Shown: in pieces, positions 13,024 through 25,037 of the stretch
Numbering within the stretch: the stretch's first letter is position 1
Layout: the number at the start of each line of letters is the position of its first letter
Origin: Lama guanicoe
Taxonomy: Eukaryota
Length of the DNA: 64,000 nt
Reading direction: 5' to 3'
Assembly (NCBI GenBank): GCA_013239625.1
Contig: MU057340.1
Coordinates: forward strand, 7,892,931 to 7,956,930
The notes under the pieces: generated by a model
The model's database searches: none
What the model was told of the DNA's origin: nothing
The model's input: the letters and a program-made list of their open reading frames with translations, nothing else
Made by a program: the position numbers and the translations under genes

Positions 13024-14812
13024 GGAGAGAGGTACTGTCCAAGATGATGGCATAGGGAGAACCAGAACTCACCTTCTTTCATGGACACACCAATTTTATA
13101 GTTACATGTAGGAAAAAAAAAAAACTCCTGCTGAAAGAGAACTGATAACTATAGCTGGCACAGATCTTTTACAACAAGGGATGAAAGGACCACATTGGGA
13201 TGGATAGGAGAGGCAGATATTCGGTTCCACCAAAAACCACACCTTTCATGTGGCAACCCACAATGGGCAGGGATCTTGTGGGTCCAGAGTTCCTCCCAAA
13301 GAAGCGAAGGCTTGTGTCCCACATCAAGCACCCCAACCCTTGGGACCTGCACTGGAGACATGTGACCCCATAACACATCTGGCTTTGGAAAACAACAGAG
13401 CTCATGTCCAGGAGACCTGGGGGGGGAGGTGTGGGGATCTGAGATACTCCTTTTGAGGGACTTGTGCATGGTGTTACTCATCCTGACACTAGTGCAAAGG
13501 CAACACTTAGAGAAACGCCTGGACTACATGTGAAGGAGATTCATTTGCTGATCTTGAAGCATCTGCCAGAGGGGTAGAGGTGAGCTGGGACTTTTTTGGG
13601 GAGTGGAGGTGCTGGAGAGTGCAACTTTTGTATTCTCCCTACACCTTGCTAGTACAGGTGGGCACCTGTGGACACAAAGTCACCAAAACCACAACTGTGC
13701 CTTGCTTCTAATACTCTTCCTCTGTATTTCTAGAGCCCCAGGTGTGCCGTGCCTTCAGCACACTCCCACAACCTCACTAGAGCCAGCAGGTGAGCACGGT
13801 CCACACAGAAAATGCCTTTTGATCACCTGACCCTGGGCTCTGCAAGACTGAAACAATTAAAAAGACAGTTCTGGGCAGACCACCACACCCAGTACATTGC
13901 ACAGATCGCTGACTGAAGCGCGCCTCCAGTCTGCCTGTGAAGAAGACCCATTTATTTATCCTGGAGCTTCAACCTGAGGGACAGACTTCAGATTTGCCAT
14001 ACTTCCAGAGGCTGCAGGGGCACTCTCAGGGAACACGGGCTGAGACACCATCTTTGCACCCTCCCTCATCCTCTCCACAGCGTGCTGGCATCTCTTGAAA
14101 AGGAGCTCATAAATTCATCTGAATCCCCAATCTTTGATACTAGTACGCTATTGGTGGGAATGTTAATTGATGCAGCCACTATGGAAAACAGTATGGGGGT
14201 TCCTCCAAAAATTAAAAATAAAAATAAACCTTCCTTATGATCCAGCTATTCCAATTTCTGAGTACTTATCTGAGGAATACAAAAACGCTAATTCCAAAAG
14301 GTGTATGCACCCTTATGTTCATTGCAACATTATTTACAGTAACCAAGATATGGAAACAACTTAAGTGTCCATCAACGGATAAATGGATAAAGAAATCATC
14401 ACACACACACAATGGATTACTACTCAGCCATTATAAAGAAGGAAATCTTGCTGTTTGCAAAAATATGGATGGATCTTGAGAGTATTATGTTAAGTGAAAT
14501 AAGTCAGCAGCGAAAGACAAGTAACATACGATTTCACTTATATACGGACTTTAAAGAAAAAAAACAATGAACAAACAAAACAAAACACATAGAAACAAAA
14601 ACAGACTGGTGGTTAGTAGAGAAGGGAATTAGAGGGTGGGTGAAATAGGCGAAGGGAGTCAATTGTATGGTGAAGGATGACGGATGATGGACGGACTTAC
14701 AGTGGTTGACACTTTGTAGTTTATACACATATGGAATTAGTACGTTGTACACCTGAAACTCAGATAATATAATGCACCAATTTTACCTCAATAAAAAAAG
14801 CCAAGTAAAACA
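13024..14812 (+). mobile_element. Internally deleted L1 (laurasiatherian-type 5' UTR joined to ORF2 C-terminus, 3' UTR and polyA)
   Basis: 5' end ccaagatgatggcatagg...ctcacc...ggacacacc; from about 14145 ORF2 end (QPLWKTVW...LPYDPAIP) and 3' UTR to aataaaaaaa; degenerate TSD aagacgggtctt (13012-13023) / aagaggggtgtt (14813-14824). Confidence 0.75.
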
Positions 14813-15039
14813 AAGAGGGGTGTTTCAGCAAAGATTTGGTTTATGAGTAACAGGGGCCTGAAAAATAGTGGCTAAAATTAAGAAGGGAGTTATTTCTCTG
14901 TCATGAAAAATTACCTAGAGGCAGGAAGACCGGGAGTAGTTTAATGGGATCTCAGAGTCATCAAAGACTCTGGAAGTCTTCATTTTTTTCCACTATCCTC
15001 AGTGTGTTGTTTCTACTCCTGGACTCTTGGACTCTGGGA

Positions 15040-16715
15040 CATACTCTTCAGACATCTCTTCTGTTCTGTTCTCGCTTTCTGAGACACTAATAATATGTAT
15101 GTTAGACATTTTCATCATGCACCCTTGCGTTTGTTATGTTGTTCTCTGTATCTTCCCTTCTTTTTTTAACTCAGCAGCGTCAGTCTGAATATTTTCTCTT
15201 AGCCTGTATTCTGGTTCACACCTCCTCACAGTTATATTTAATCTGCTGTTAAAAACCTGTCAAGTTTGTTTTGTTTTTCATTTTTAGGAGGGTGGAAAGA
15301 GATGGGAAGGGATAAATTGGGAGTTCGAGACTGTCAAATATTAACTACTCTATATAAAATGGATAAACAACAAATTTCTTCTGTATAGCACAGGAAACTA
15401 TATTCAATATCTTGTAGTAACCTATAATAAAAAAATATGCAAACAAATATATGTATGTATATGTATGGCTGGGACATTATGCTGGACACCAGAAATTGAT
15501 GCAACATTGTAAACTGACTATATTTCAATAAAAATACCTTCTATTGAGTTCTTAATTTCAACCTTATTTTTAAGTTCTAGAATTTCTCTTTAAAAAATTT
15601 TTTTTGTTTTCCAGTTCTGTGCCAAAGTTTCCTATTCTGTTATATAATTTTTTTAGCAATATTAATCACATTTACTTTAAAAGTCTTGTCTAACTCAAAT
15701 ATCTGTTTCATTTATGGGTCCGTTTCTATTGGCTATATTTTCTCTTGGTTTTAATCGTGTACTCCTTGTCTTCTAGCATGCCTGATGAATTTTTATTGAA
15801 TGTGAGATATTGTAGATGAAAATTGTAGAACTAAGTTTAGGTTCCAAAATTCTGATATCTTCCTCCAAGGATTTACTTTCGTTTCTGGCAGGCAGTTAGG
15901 GTAGGGACAGTATATCTTTTTCCAATTCAGATTGAGCTGACTTGAAGTTCAATGAACACTTTTATACAGACTAATATATTTCACTACCACTTCTAGGGTA
16001 AGGCGCTATGGGGTCCCAGATGAAGCTTGGGGAGTTTGCCATGACCCCTTCTGTTCCATGGCCCTGGACTGTAATGTTTGGCCAAGTCCCTCAGCCTTGT
16101 AAGACTGCTAAATGTTTTCCTCAGCTCTAAGTATCTCAGCCAGTGCTTTCTGCTGGCTAAACCACCACATTGGAATAGACAAATGCCTTGGTGGGGAAAG
16201 AAGAAGTGAATTTGTGGCTCTCTTAACTTCCTTCTCTAAGAATCTCATGAATGTGTACCTGCCTAGACACAGTGGATGAGCCTTGCAGGAGAGAGAAGAG
16301 AGGATTCCCCACTGAGCCTCAGCCTTCTGTGTGCACGTTGCAGCTCCCAGGATTTCTCAGCAAAACCAGATCACTCTGCTGAAAGATGACATCCTTGTGT
16401 TCCCTACCTTTGACTTTGGGAAGAATCCAGCGATATCTGGGAAGGCAGAGCCTCTGAAAGGCTTTGGAACTCCAGGATCTTTGTCCTTAGACTCTCCGAT
16501 GGATGCAGGCGGGCACAGCATCTCTCCCCATCCTACTCTCTGGTCTCTTGAATTCTTATCATTTTCATAGCTCTCAAGACCTTCAAACAGATATGCTGGG
16601 AAAAAAAATAATAAAACAAACAAACCAAACCCCCTCAGATTTTCTAGTTGTTCTCAGTAGGAGGACTGGTCTGCTAAAATTAGGTGCCAGTAACAGGAAT
16701 GGAAGCAATTTAAAT
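15040..16715 (-). mobile_element. Old L1M/HAL1-like 5' region (ORF1 remnant)
   Basis: Antisense ORF1-type sequence: tatgtatgttagacattt, tcagtctgaatattttct, ctattgagttcttaatttc; resembles the + strand element at 61560-62630. Confidence 0.6.
15287..15535 (+). mobile_element. Camelid-type L1 3' UTR fragment (5'-truncated)
   Basis: gggaagggataaattgggagttcgaga...gtatagcacaggaaactatattcaatatcttgtagtaacc...caataaaa; same family as 34333 and 53842. Confidence 0.85.
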
Positions 16716-18077
16716 TTTAAAATCACCTCACGATCTTAAATGACTGCAAGGACTCCAGACAATTTATATCCAACGCCTCCAACAGAAAGGGCCAAAGAAG
16801 GACCACCCTGCCCTCCGGGGAGATAGAAAGGAAGGACCACACAATACCGTTTACTTCTGATTGGCCAAGACTTGATTCTGTGGCTCCACTGAGATGTGAG
16901 GCTGAGAAATGCCATCTTTTGACTTAGTACATAGTTGTCCGGTTACAAGTCAGGACTTTGTTACTAAGGAAAAAGGGGAGAATGCATGCTGAGGGTGAGC
17001 AACGAGCCCTCACTGCCCACAGGGATGTTCCAAAAATATCCTTTGTGAGAAATTTCCTAACCAGGCTGAGAAATAGCATAAGATCTAAGAGGATGTTTTA
17101 GAGGGGCAGGTTGCAGTCTGCAAATGTACTAAATTTTTAAAGAGGGATATAAATAATGTCTGGTTAGCATAAAACACAAAAATATATTTCAGGGCAGAAG
17201 AAGGAAAGGTGGCCATGCGTATCGGGGTTGCAAATCCAAATGCCTATAACTCCTAGGCCAATTATTGGCGTAAGGTAGCAACTGCCACAAGCTTCGTGGT
17301 GGTAACTGATGGAGCCAAGTAGTGACCACTCTCCCTCAATGGCCAGTTTGCCACAGTCTCTAATGTCCTTGAGATCCTTGAAGCTGTATCTGGATTTGGC
17401 CATGAACATGACTAATAAGTGGCAGAACCAAGCCTGGATATCAGCATGGTTTCTTGAAGAGCTGTCTTTGGACAGAAAGGGAAAAGGAGATATCTAGATC
17501 CTGCCCTGCTCCTCCCCTTCAAGCCTTGGGCGTGCCATTTAAAGGGAGCCTAGTTTTCCCTACAGAAAGGCAGATATGATCATCATAGAAAAAGTCTCAG
17601 AGGACAGTTGTGAGACACAAATTAGAGCACGGCATCTTCCCCAGGGCAACCAGTCATCAGGATATACGTCCTCCCAGAGTTCCCTTTCACGGATGGACAG
17701 TGTGGCTGCCAATCCCCATGGACAGCAGCATCTGAGGGCAGCCATTGTTTGGTCATGTGACGGTCACCTGTCAGGTGCTGTCAATCATATGCCGCCCAGC
17801 ACAAGCTTAGGGATGGCAAACCCGGTGGTCTGGGCCCCGATAAGTCCTCTTTGTTTTACCCTCATGCTTCTGACTCCTCTTGGCTCGTTCCCAAATCTTC
17901 AGTATTAGATTGGATAATCCCACTTTTAATAATGCTCAGGATATTTGCCTCCCTCGGGGGACTGTGATCACAGCAGTGGAAGGTATTAAAATGGAGCTGA
18001 ATGCCATGCAGCAGAACACTTACCCTTTAAGCTGTGTGTTTGTGGGAATGGCGTTTTGCATGTTCACACACAAGGGA

Positions 18078-18101
18078 TGTGTGTGTGTCTGTGTGTGTGT
18101 G
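18078..18101. repeat. Imperfect (TG)n microsatellite
   Basis: tgtgtgtgtgtctgtgtgtgtgtg. Confidence 0.8.
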
Positions 18102-21100
18102 GTGGCGCACATCTCTGTCTGTGCCTTCTCTAAGCCTTCTGAGATTTTTTTGTAAACAAAATATTACATTTAACACCCAATTTATTTGTAATGCTAAAAC
18201 AAAACACTGCAGAAGCAGTTCAAAATGCGGGTTTCCTAAATCAGTGAAATTAATTTCCAAATTCTACATTTTTATTTCTCCCGAATGGCATTAGCTCAGC
18301 ACTAGCCTCAAGGGCATAGTAACACCTCATGGGGTTCCAGAGACATTAAGTTAATACATAGTTGAATTTATTTCAAGTTATTTGAATTGTTGTGTCTAGT
18401 ATTTTTATATTTAGTGTAAACTGAGTACGAATCAGGGATGTGCTTTGCTCTCACTTATAATAATAATACATTTGGGGGGCCTTTTAAAACTCCCTTAACC
18501 TGACTATTTTGGTAATCAAGAGGCNNNNNNNNNNNNNNNNNNNNNNNNNNNNNNNNNNNNNNNNNNNNNNNNNNNNNNNNNNNNNNNNNNNNNNNNNNNN
18601 NNNNNNNNNNNNNNNNNNNNNNNNNNNNNNNNNNNNNNNNNNNNNNNNNNNNNNNNNNNNNNNNNNNNNNNNNNNNNNNNNNNNNNNNNNNNNNNNNNNN
18701 NNNNNNNNNNNNNNNNNNNNNNNNNNNNNNNNNNNNNNNNNNNNNNNNNNNNNNNNNNNNNNNNNNNNNNNNNNNNNNNNNNNNNNAAATAACCAGCGTT
18801 GCATCCTAATTAAGTAATTTTTTTTTTGGAATTGTCTTCAAGGCAGTCATAGTCTTGTCCATTTTGTGACCATCTTGTAAGTTATCTGGACAGAGAATTG
18901 AAGTTGCAGGACTGTATGTCTCCTCCCCTGTTTCCTCGTTCTGGGTGAAAAACGAGAGCTTTACTAATAAAATGTAAACTGGAATCAAATGTTCAAATAA
19001 GGTTTTACGAGAAGTATGCAATGCATAAAACCGTCTCAGAATTCTCCACTGGATTTAGAATTCTGCTGTATACAAATATATTAGGCTGCTGAGGCATTAA
19101 CAGTTGAATACGTTAGGGCTGTTTTTTGAGATGAGTTTATTAGATTTGTACTTTTGTATAAAACGAATTGGTGGAGTGCTAACATAACATCATCAGTTCA
19201 GGGCAACAATGGCAGCTTCTGAGCACACAGCCCTAATGTACCATTAGACGTTGATCCCACCCTTTCCAAACAGATCTCCAAATAAGCCCGCAGATTTTTG
19301 CTTTGAACTTCAAGATTCTGTGAGGTCAGAGACAAAAGTCCAGTTCCACAAAGCACTCATTTAATTGTACAGTGCTCCCCCTGCTACAGCCATCTTGGTT
19401 TCGAAGCTCTTTTGTTACACCCACCAAAAGGAATGAAAGAAATGAATTAAGGAAGGAAAAAAACACTCAGCGTGCAAGAAAAGAGAAGGGGAAGTCAGCA
19501 GGGCCAGTGTGCCCAGACAGGAAGTGCCCAGTGCGGGGCTCTGGTAAAGGGTGGAAAGAGGGGGTGGGAAATCGTGGGGCCGCGGGTCCCTCACTCCTCA
19601 TCTGCCTGGTTTTCCTGGGGAGCCAGATCCTCCCGGAAATGGAAGAATCAAGCATTGCAGCTTTTGAATTGCTCATCTCATCCCTGGGCCCATGAATGCA
19701 TTTGACAGGCTCACCGAACAACCCCTTTTCTTCTTGGTCACATGATTTGGTTTTTCTTGTCCTATCTTATAAAAAAAGTGCAACTTTTGTCCGTAACTGG
19801 GCAAGAGCTCCCACAGAGTTCAGCCAGAAGTCACCCACTCACAGAATTGTCAGAGCATTCAGTTGGTCACAGAGCTGCCTTCTTCAATGGGAAGGTGTTT
19901 TTTTGTTTGTTGGTTTTGTTTTGTTGTTTAATGTAACTAAGATGTTTTATCATAGGATTAAAAAACTTTTTTTTTAACTGTGACCAAACCCAATCTTCAA
20001 CTGCTTCCTAGGGATGAACAATTTAACTTGGGTTAAATTATTAGAGTGGCTTTTTTTCATCATCATTTTATAATGACTTGGGTCTGTAACAGGATGTGCT
20101 TGGTCTTAGAAAACAGTGCTCTTATTTTAAACCATCTCAGAATCCAAATAGTCATGTATATCTCCTCAGTGCTTTTCTTCTCAGGCAGTCATAGCAGTCT
20201 TGTTGTCTTAACTCCCTAGATATGTAACAGAGCATCTTCTGGGTCTTAGAGTAGAAAGGAGGGGAGGGAAGGCTCCATCCCCCCTCGCCTCCATCCAGGA
20301 GCAGCAGATGAATAATTCATGGTGCCACATGGAGGTCTTCTCTGAGACTTCTCGAAAGCACGTCTGAGCCGGTGAAGGACTAGGGAACCCACAAACAGTC
20401 ACAGTGTGCTGTGTCAAAGAACAGTCAATCAATCTCCAAAGAAATGTGAGGAGAACAGGTTTTTCATGCCTGTGCGTTGGGAGGGAGCCAAATGTGTGTT
20501 GCCATGTGATGGTAGAATCAGCGTACACCTGTTCCGACCAGCTGTCAACATAACCTGTGTCAGAGGCAGGCATCACACCCGCTGTATCCTCACAGCGGGC
20601 CGTGTCTGCGTGATGGTCGGGACAGACAGCGCCAGGAACTTGGGGACCAGGAGAGGAGGAGCCAGCAGAGCCGTTGCGGGGACACAGATGTGTGAGGAGT
20701 GTGATGAAAGAAGGAAACATCTGAGGGAATAAGCTCAAACAAAACAGCAAATGTCATTTGCATTCTATAATTATGGCCAACCATCGAGTCCTTTGTAATA
20801 ACACTAGGTAGGCCAATGTTAAACCTACAGTGAGTGATAAAAAGGCCTCAGCTTGAAAAAAGGTCAGCGTGAATTAGTATATATTTGCTGATTAATTCCG
20901 AGCGTGCCTTCGTAAATTTTATAGTCCAGGTCCCCAGCCTGCTTTGAGGCAGCCTCCTATGAAATTCAAATGTGCTTGATTCAGCCCCAACCTGGCACTG
21001 TGCTTTGTGGAAAACTTTATCCAGCAAACGTGGACACACGCAGGCCTGTGATGGCTGGATCTGTGAAAGGACAGATTCTGGAGAAGTTGGCACATGCAGC

Positions 21101-22243
21101 TCCAAAGGGAAGAGGCCCTCCGTGCTGATTTTCCAATCACACGCATAAAACAAGACACGTGCCTGGCTGTGGCAGGTCAACTGGAAAGATTTCTACCTTT
21201 AACCCAAATCTCCGTAATCAGGGCTGCCAACTGCAACGTTCGTCTCTTACGATGCTGTTTAATCAACATGAGGAAAGAGCAACTGTGTAAGGGTGGGGGG
21301 AGGCGGGGATTCATATGCATTTAAGGACAATATTTAGCTTAAGAGAGTGTTGGCCTAAAACTGCTTTTAAGATTATAAATGCAGAATCTGATTTTAGATG
21401 AAACTCATATTAAGGAAGCATCTACTAAGCACAAGTTGATTTGTCCGCTTGGATTCTCCCAGTGATATGCCAATTATTAGCTTCACCAAACAGCTTCCCC
21501 ATCAAATGATGCCACTGGGATTTGACCACAGGTTTGCCCGCCTACAAAAGCCCTTGCCTCCCACTTCACTTACATGGTCTACCTTTGCAATTGCTCATGG
21601 TACCTTTTTGGTACCTATTTGCTAAATCCCTTGTCAGCTTCTCTGAGTTGGGGGCCCACATGTAGAGTGTAGACACTTAGCAGATTTCAAAACACTCACC
21701 TGGTTTATTCCAATCCTACCCCTTCCCCAGAAAGCCAGGAACTGCAGCCAGTAACTCTACCCCATCCAGATTGCTCTGCTACAAGGATCTTTTCTCCATC
21801 CCCATCCCCGCCCCCGGCCCTCTGACCCCTTGTCCAAAGCGAAGCCTCCCCTTTGCCTCGACTCAGCAGTTTTTCTTAATACAAAGGATGGAGACCCTAC
21901 CCTAGGACTCTGGCTGAGCTCCCCTGCCCCTGTCAACAAAGTCTATAAGTGCACCAAGCAGCAGTGAATTGCATTGCTTAAAAATTAGCAAACCTGTTGG
22001 TTTCATCAGCCAACAGAGGACCTCCCACAATTAAAAGAGGTTGGCTGATGCTTCAGGAGAAGTGCTGGTTGTGTGTCAGGAAAGAAGGACCAGACTCACC
22101 CTGAGGGCCAGCTGAATTATGATGCTTGGTTTTAAATGCTGGTTTGGAGGACTCAAATCTATCCTGGTGACTTTCTGTCTGCTTCATATTTTATACAGAC
22201 CAAGAGTGGGAGGTCCAGGTGGAGTTACCAGGCAGGCTGCCAG

Positions 22244-22370
22244 GGGGAGTGGTGTGATGGGAGGACTAAGCTGGAGGCCAGCAGAGCTGCCCCTGTGCCA
22301 GGCTGCCTCTGCTTCTAACTGGCAAAATGATGCTGGATAACTGTCTGACCTTTCTTGGCCTCCATTCTTC
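22244..22370 (+). mobile_element. MIR SINE fragment
   Basis: gagtggtgtgatgg...ctggaggccag...ctgcctctgcttctaactgg...gacctttcttggcctc. Confidence 0.5.
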
Positions 22371-22410
22371 TTGAGTGAAGTGACTATTTGACCTTCAAGT
22401 GCCTTCTGAC

Positions 22411-22515
22411 TTTTTATTCTTTATTTTTTATTGAAGTATAGTTGATTTACAATGCTTCAGGTGTATAGCAGAGTGATCAGTTATACATATATACATTCTT
22501 TTTCTGATTATCCTT
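22411..22515 (-). mobile_element. Short cetartiodactyl L1 3' end
   Basis: ttttattgaagtatagttgatttacaatgcttcaggtgtatagcagagtgatcagttatacatatatac. Confidence 0.8.
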
Positions 22516-22849
22516 ATACTGATAATAAGAATATTTTGTACTGTGACATCTCGTGTGGTTCATAAAGTGTTCTTATATATATATTCCTCCAGAAAGAAAC
22601 TCAGAGAGGTAAAGTGACTTATCCAAGGGCAAGTAGTGAAAGTTTGAAGGGTTGAAGGGTTGGAGACTGACCGGGGGTCCGCAGCTCCCTCCACACCAGT
22701 GCATCTGTGCCCCAGACATGATTTCCACCCCTCTGGATGCTCTGGCACTGGCCCATCTCTGAAATGGTGCTTCCAACCAGTTTGTCAAGCCATCCTTTCA
22801 AAGGCAGCGTGTGTCTTGGCTCCATCCCCTGCAGCCTCCCTGAGCTCCT

Positions 22850-23345
22850 ATTATCTCATCAGCAGCACAGTGAAGAGTGTTCTGTGTTGCCTGACTTTTA
22901 CCCCATGACTCTAAGGATACAGCAAAAGGTCCCAAACAATCGCTAAGGCCTGCCTGGCTGGCCTCCCCACCCCCGCAGCTGCTCACTCAACACTCTCCTT
23001 TGCTTCTACACATGAACTACATGTATCTTCACTCAGGTCCTCATTCTGAAAAGCACTTGCCTCTCAGGGCCTGGAACGTTCTCCATCTCCCTTCTCTCCC
23101 TAGACCCTCACTGCCTGTGGTTTACTCCTTTTGTGTCCCAGCTTTAATGTCACCTCCTTGAAACTGACTTCCCTGACCCTTGAGCTGGGGACAGTGGCCA
23201 TTTTACATTCTCAGAGCTCCCTGCAATTCTCCCTCATAGCATTTACCGCAGACTGAATGCATGACCTGTGTGATTATTTGATTAATATCCACCTTTGCCC
23301 CCAAAATGACCTCTAGCTTGCCCAACCTATCCCCCTACATCTAGC
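22850..23345 (+). mobile_element. L2 fragment
   Basis: Pyrimidine-rich L2 3' region: gcctggaacgttctcc, tttaatgtcacctcc, cttccctgacc, catagcattta. Confidence 0.65.
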
Positions 23346-24029
23346 AGGGGGAGGGGGAGGGTGGCACTTACAAAAGGCGCTTGGGCTGAATTGGCTGAAC
23401 TTGAGGGATGGGAGGGGTGTGATCTGTTTCTTGAGCAGGAGCTGAGCCTTTGGACCTGTTTATCACCACACCTAGAATGGAGTTGGTCATCCCTTAGGTG
23501 CGTGCAAGCCCCTAGGGGCCAATCTTTGGGAAGTTAATGAAATCAAGGCAGTGGCAGGACATGAATTTCAGCCATGTCATGGGGTTCTGCAAAGTTGCTA
23601 CCAAGCAGGCCCAGAGGGAAGCACCACAGAGCAGCTCACCCCAGGGCCTGCACACAGCAGGTGCCACATTTCCCACGGCCAGCTCTCCTGGCTATGACCC
23701 TTTAGAGGGGGAGAAACCACGATCAATGTAGGAATTTAACGCAGTTCATTATAAAGCCAACTGTTGGCCAAAACAGTTAAAGCATTTAAATTTTGGTTTC
23801 CAAACTATCAGGATTTTTCTAGAAACCCCATTTGAACAGGATGTCATAGGGCCATAAAATACAGCATGATCTGTTCCCATTTGCCAACCTGTGTTAAAAT
23901 AACCAACTATCTTGATGTGCCTGGGCCTGAGGGATTACCAGGGATGCGGGACTGTCAGGAGAGCCCCAGGCAGATCTGTGACAGGTGCAGTGAGAATACC
24001 TAAACAGAAACTGGATTGAGGGGCAGGTT

Positions 24030-24430
24030 GACCCTGATCTCAGGGTGGAGTCCCCAAAGCAAACCCAAGAGAAGGACTTAGATGCAAGCATTTTTTTGCA
24101 AGGTGGTTAGAGGAAGCATAAATTAGGAATTGTGGAGTGCAAGAGAGGGAAGGGAGGGAAATCAGAAAGTGATTTTCATTAGTGGAGCAGGAGCTCAGAG
24201 GAACCATGCAGAGCCTTAGAAGTGTCCCACACAAGGATGGAGTGGGATGGGGGTGTGTTTGCTTATCGACTTCAACACTCACTGGTTGAGGATTTCTCCA
24301 AAGTGGTGTTAACTTCCTCACCCTTGGGGCTACTCTTGCACTAAGCTGCCCCCATGTTGGGAACTCCTTACAACTGCTGTCATAAGTGGACCTAGGGAGT
24401 ATGGGATGGGACAACACCAACATGTGCTAC
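24030..24430 (-). mobile_element. ERVL LTR (LTR16/LTR33-like)
   Basis: gtccccaaagcaaacccaagagaaggacttagatgcaagcattt...gagggaagggagggaaa resembles the antisense LTR16-group end. Confidence 0.55.
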
Positions 24431-24599
24431 CTCCTAGAAGACTAGAAACAGATGAGCCCAAGGGGTGAACTGGAGTCGTGGTCAAAAAAAGGGGGAAAGG
24501 GTTAGAGAAGTGGAGCCCAGAATGGACTCAAAGGGACAGAAGGAAGTCAAGTGGTTTTGGACATAGATCTTGACCAAGGGGAATGCTGGTTTGTGTGTT

Positions 24600-25037
24600 T
24601 GTGTCAAGATTCAGTGCAGGAAACAGAAACCTCTCCAAGTATTTTGACCAGAAAAGATTTAATACATGGAGAAACTGTTTGCGAAATATTTGAAAGGGCT
24701 GGAACTAAGCTACCAGTTTTAAGGTCACACCACCCTGACTGTGGTCCAGGGGTCAGGAAGCCAGTGCACTATTGCTGCCACTGCATCTGACTCTCATTGC
24801 TGTGACCACTGTAAGTTCACACCTCTGTCCAGCCTTCCTTGCCAGAAGCCAAGACGGCCGCTTCTCTGTATGCCTAATCTCCCCCAAATGTATTAAATTA
24901 GCAGGACCTAATTTGCAACCAGAATCCTAGCAGCCAGGGCTTCTGGACAACACAGATTGTAGTCTTCCAACTTTTTCAAATAAAATGGGGAAAGCAATGG
25001 AAGTTAAGAGAGCCAGTCCCAGCACTTACTAGACCAC
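24600..25037. mobile_element. Old LTR element (MaLR/ERVL-type, subfamily uncertain)
   Basis: tgtcaagattcagtgcaggaaacagaaacc...gatttaatac...ccagaatcctagcagc...gaccaca. Confidence 0.45.

Larger units (their letters stand above)
14825..17021 (-). mobile_element. MLT1J-like LTR split into 14825-15025 and 16720-17021 by later L1 insertions
   Basis: First half agtaacagggg...aatagtggct...ttatttctctgtcatg; second half ttctgattggccaagact...gaggctgagaaatg...ttgttactaagg...gcccaca. Confidence 0.6.

Noticed and set aside
18841-20195. 12-mer aggcagtcatag present at 18841 and 20184
   Set aside because: Many shared 12-mers are expected by chance in 64 kb; no extended homology.
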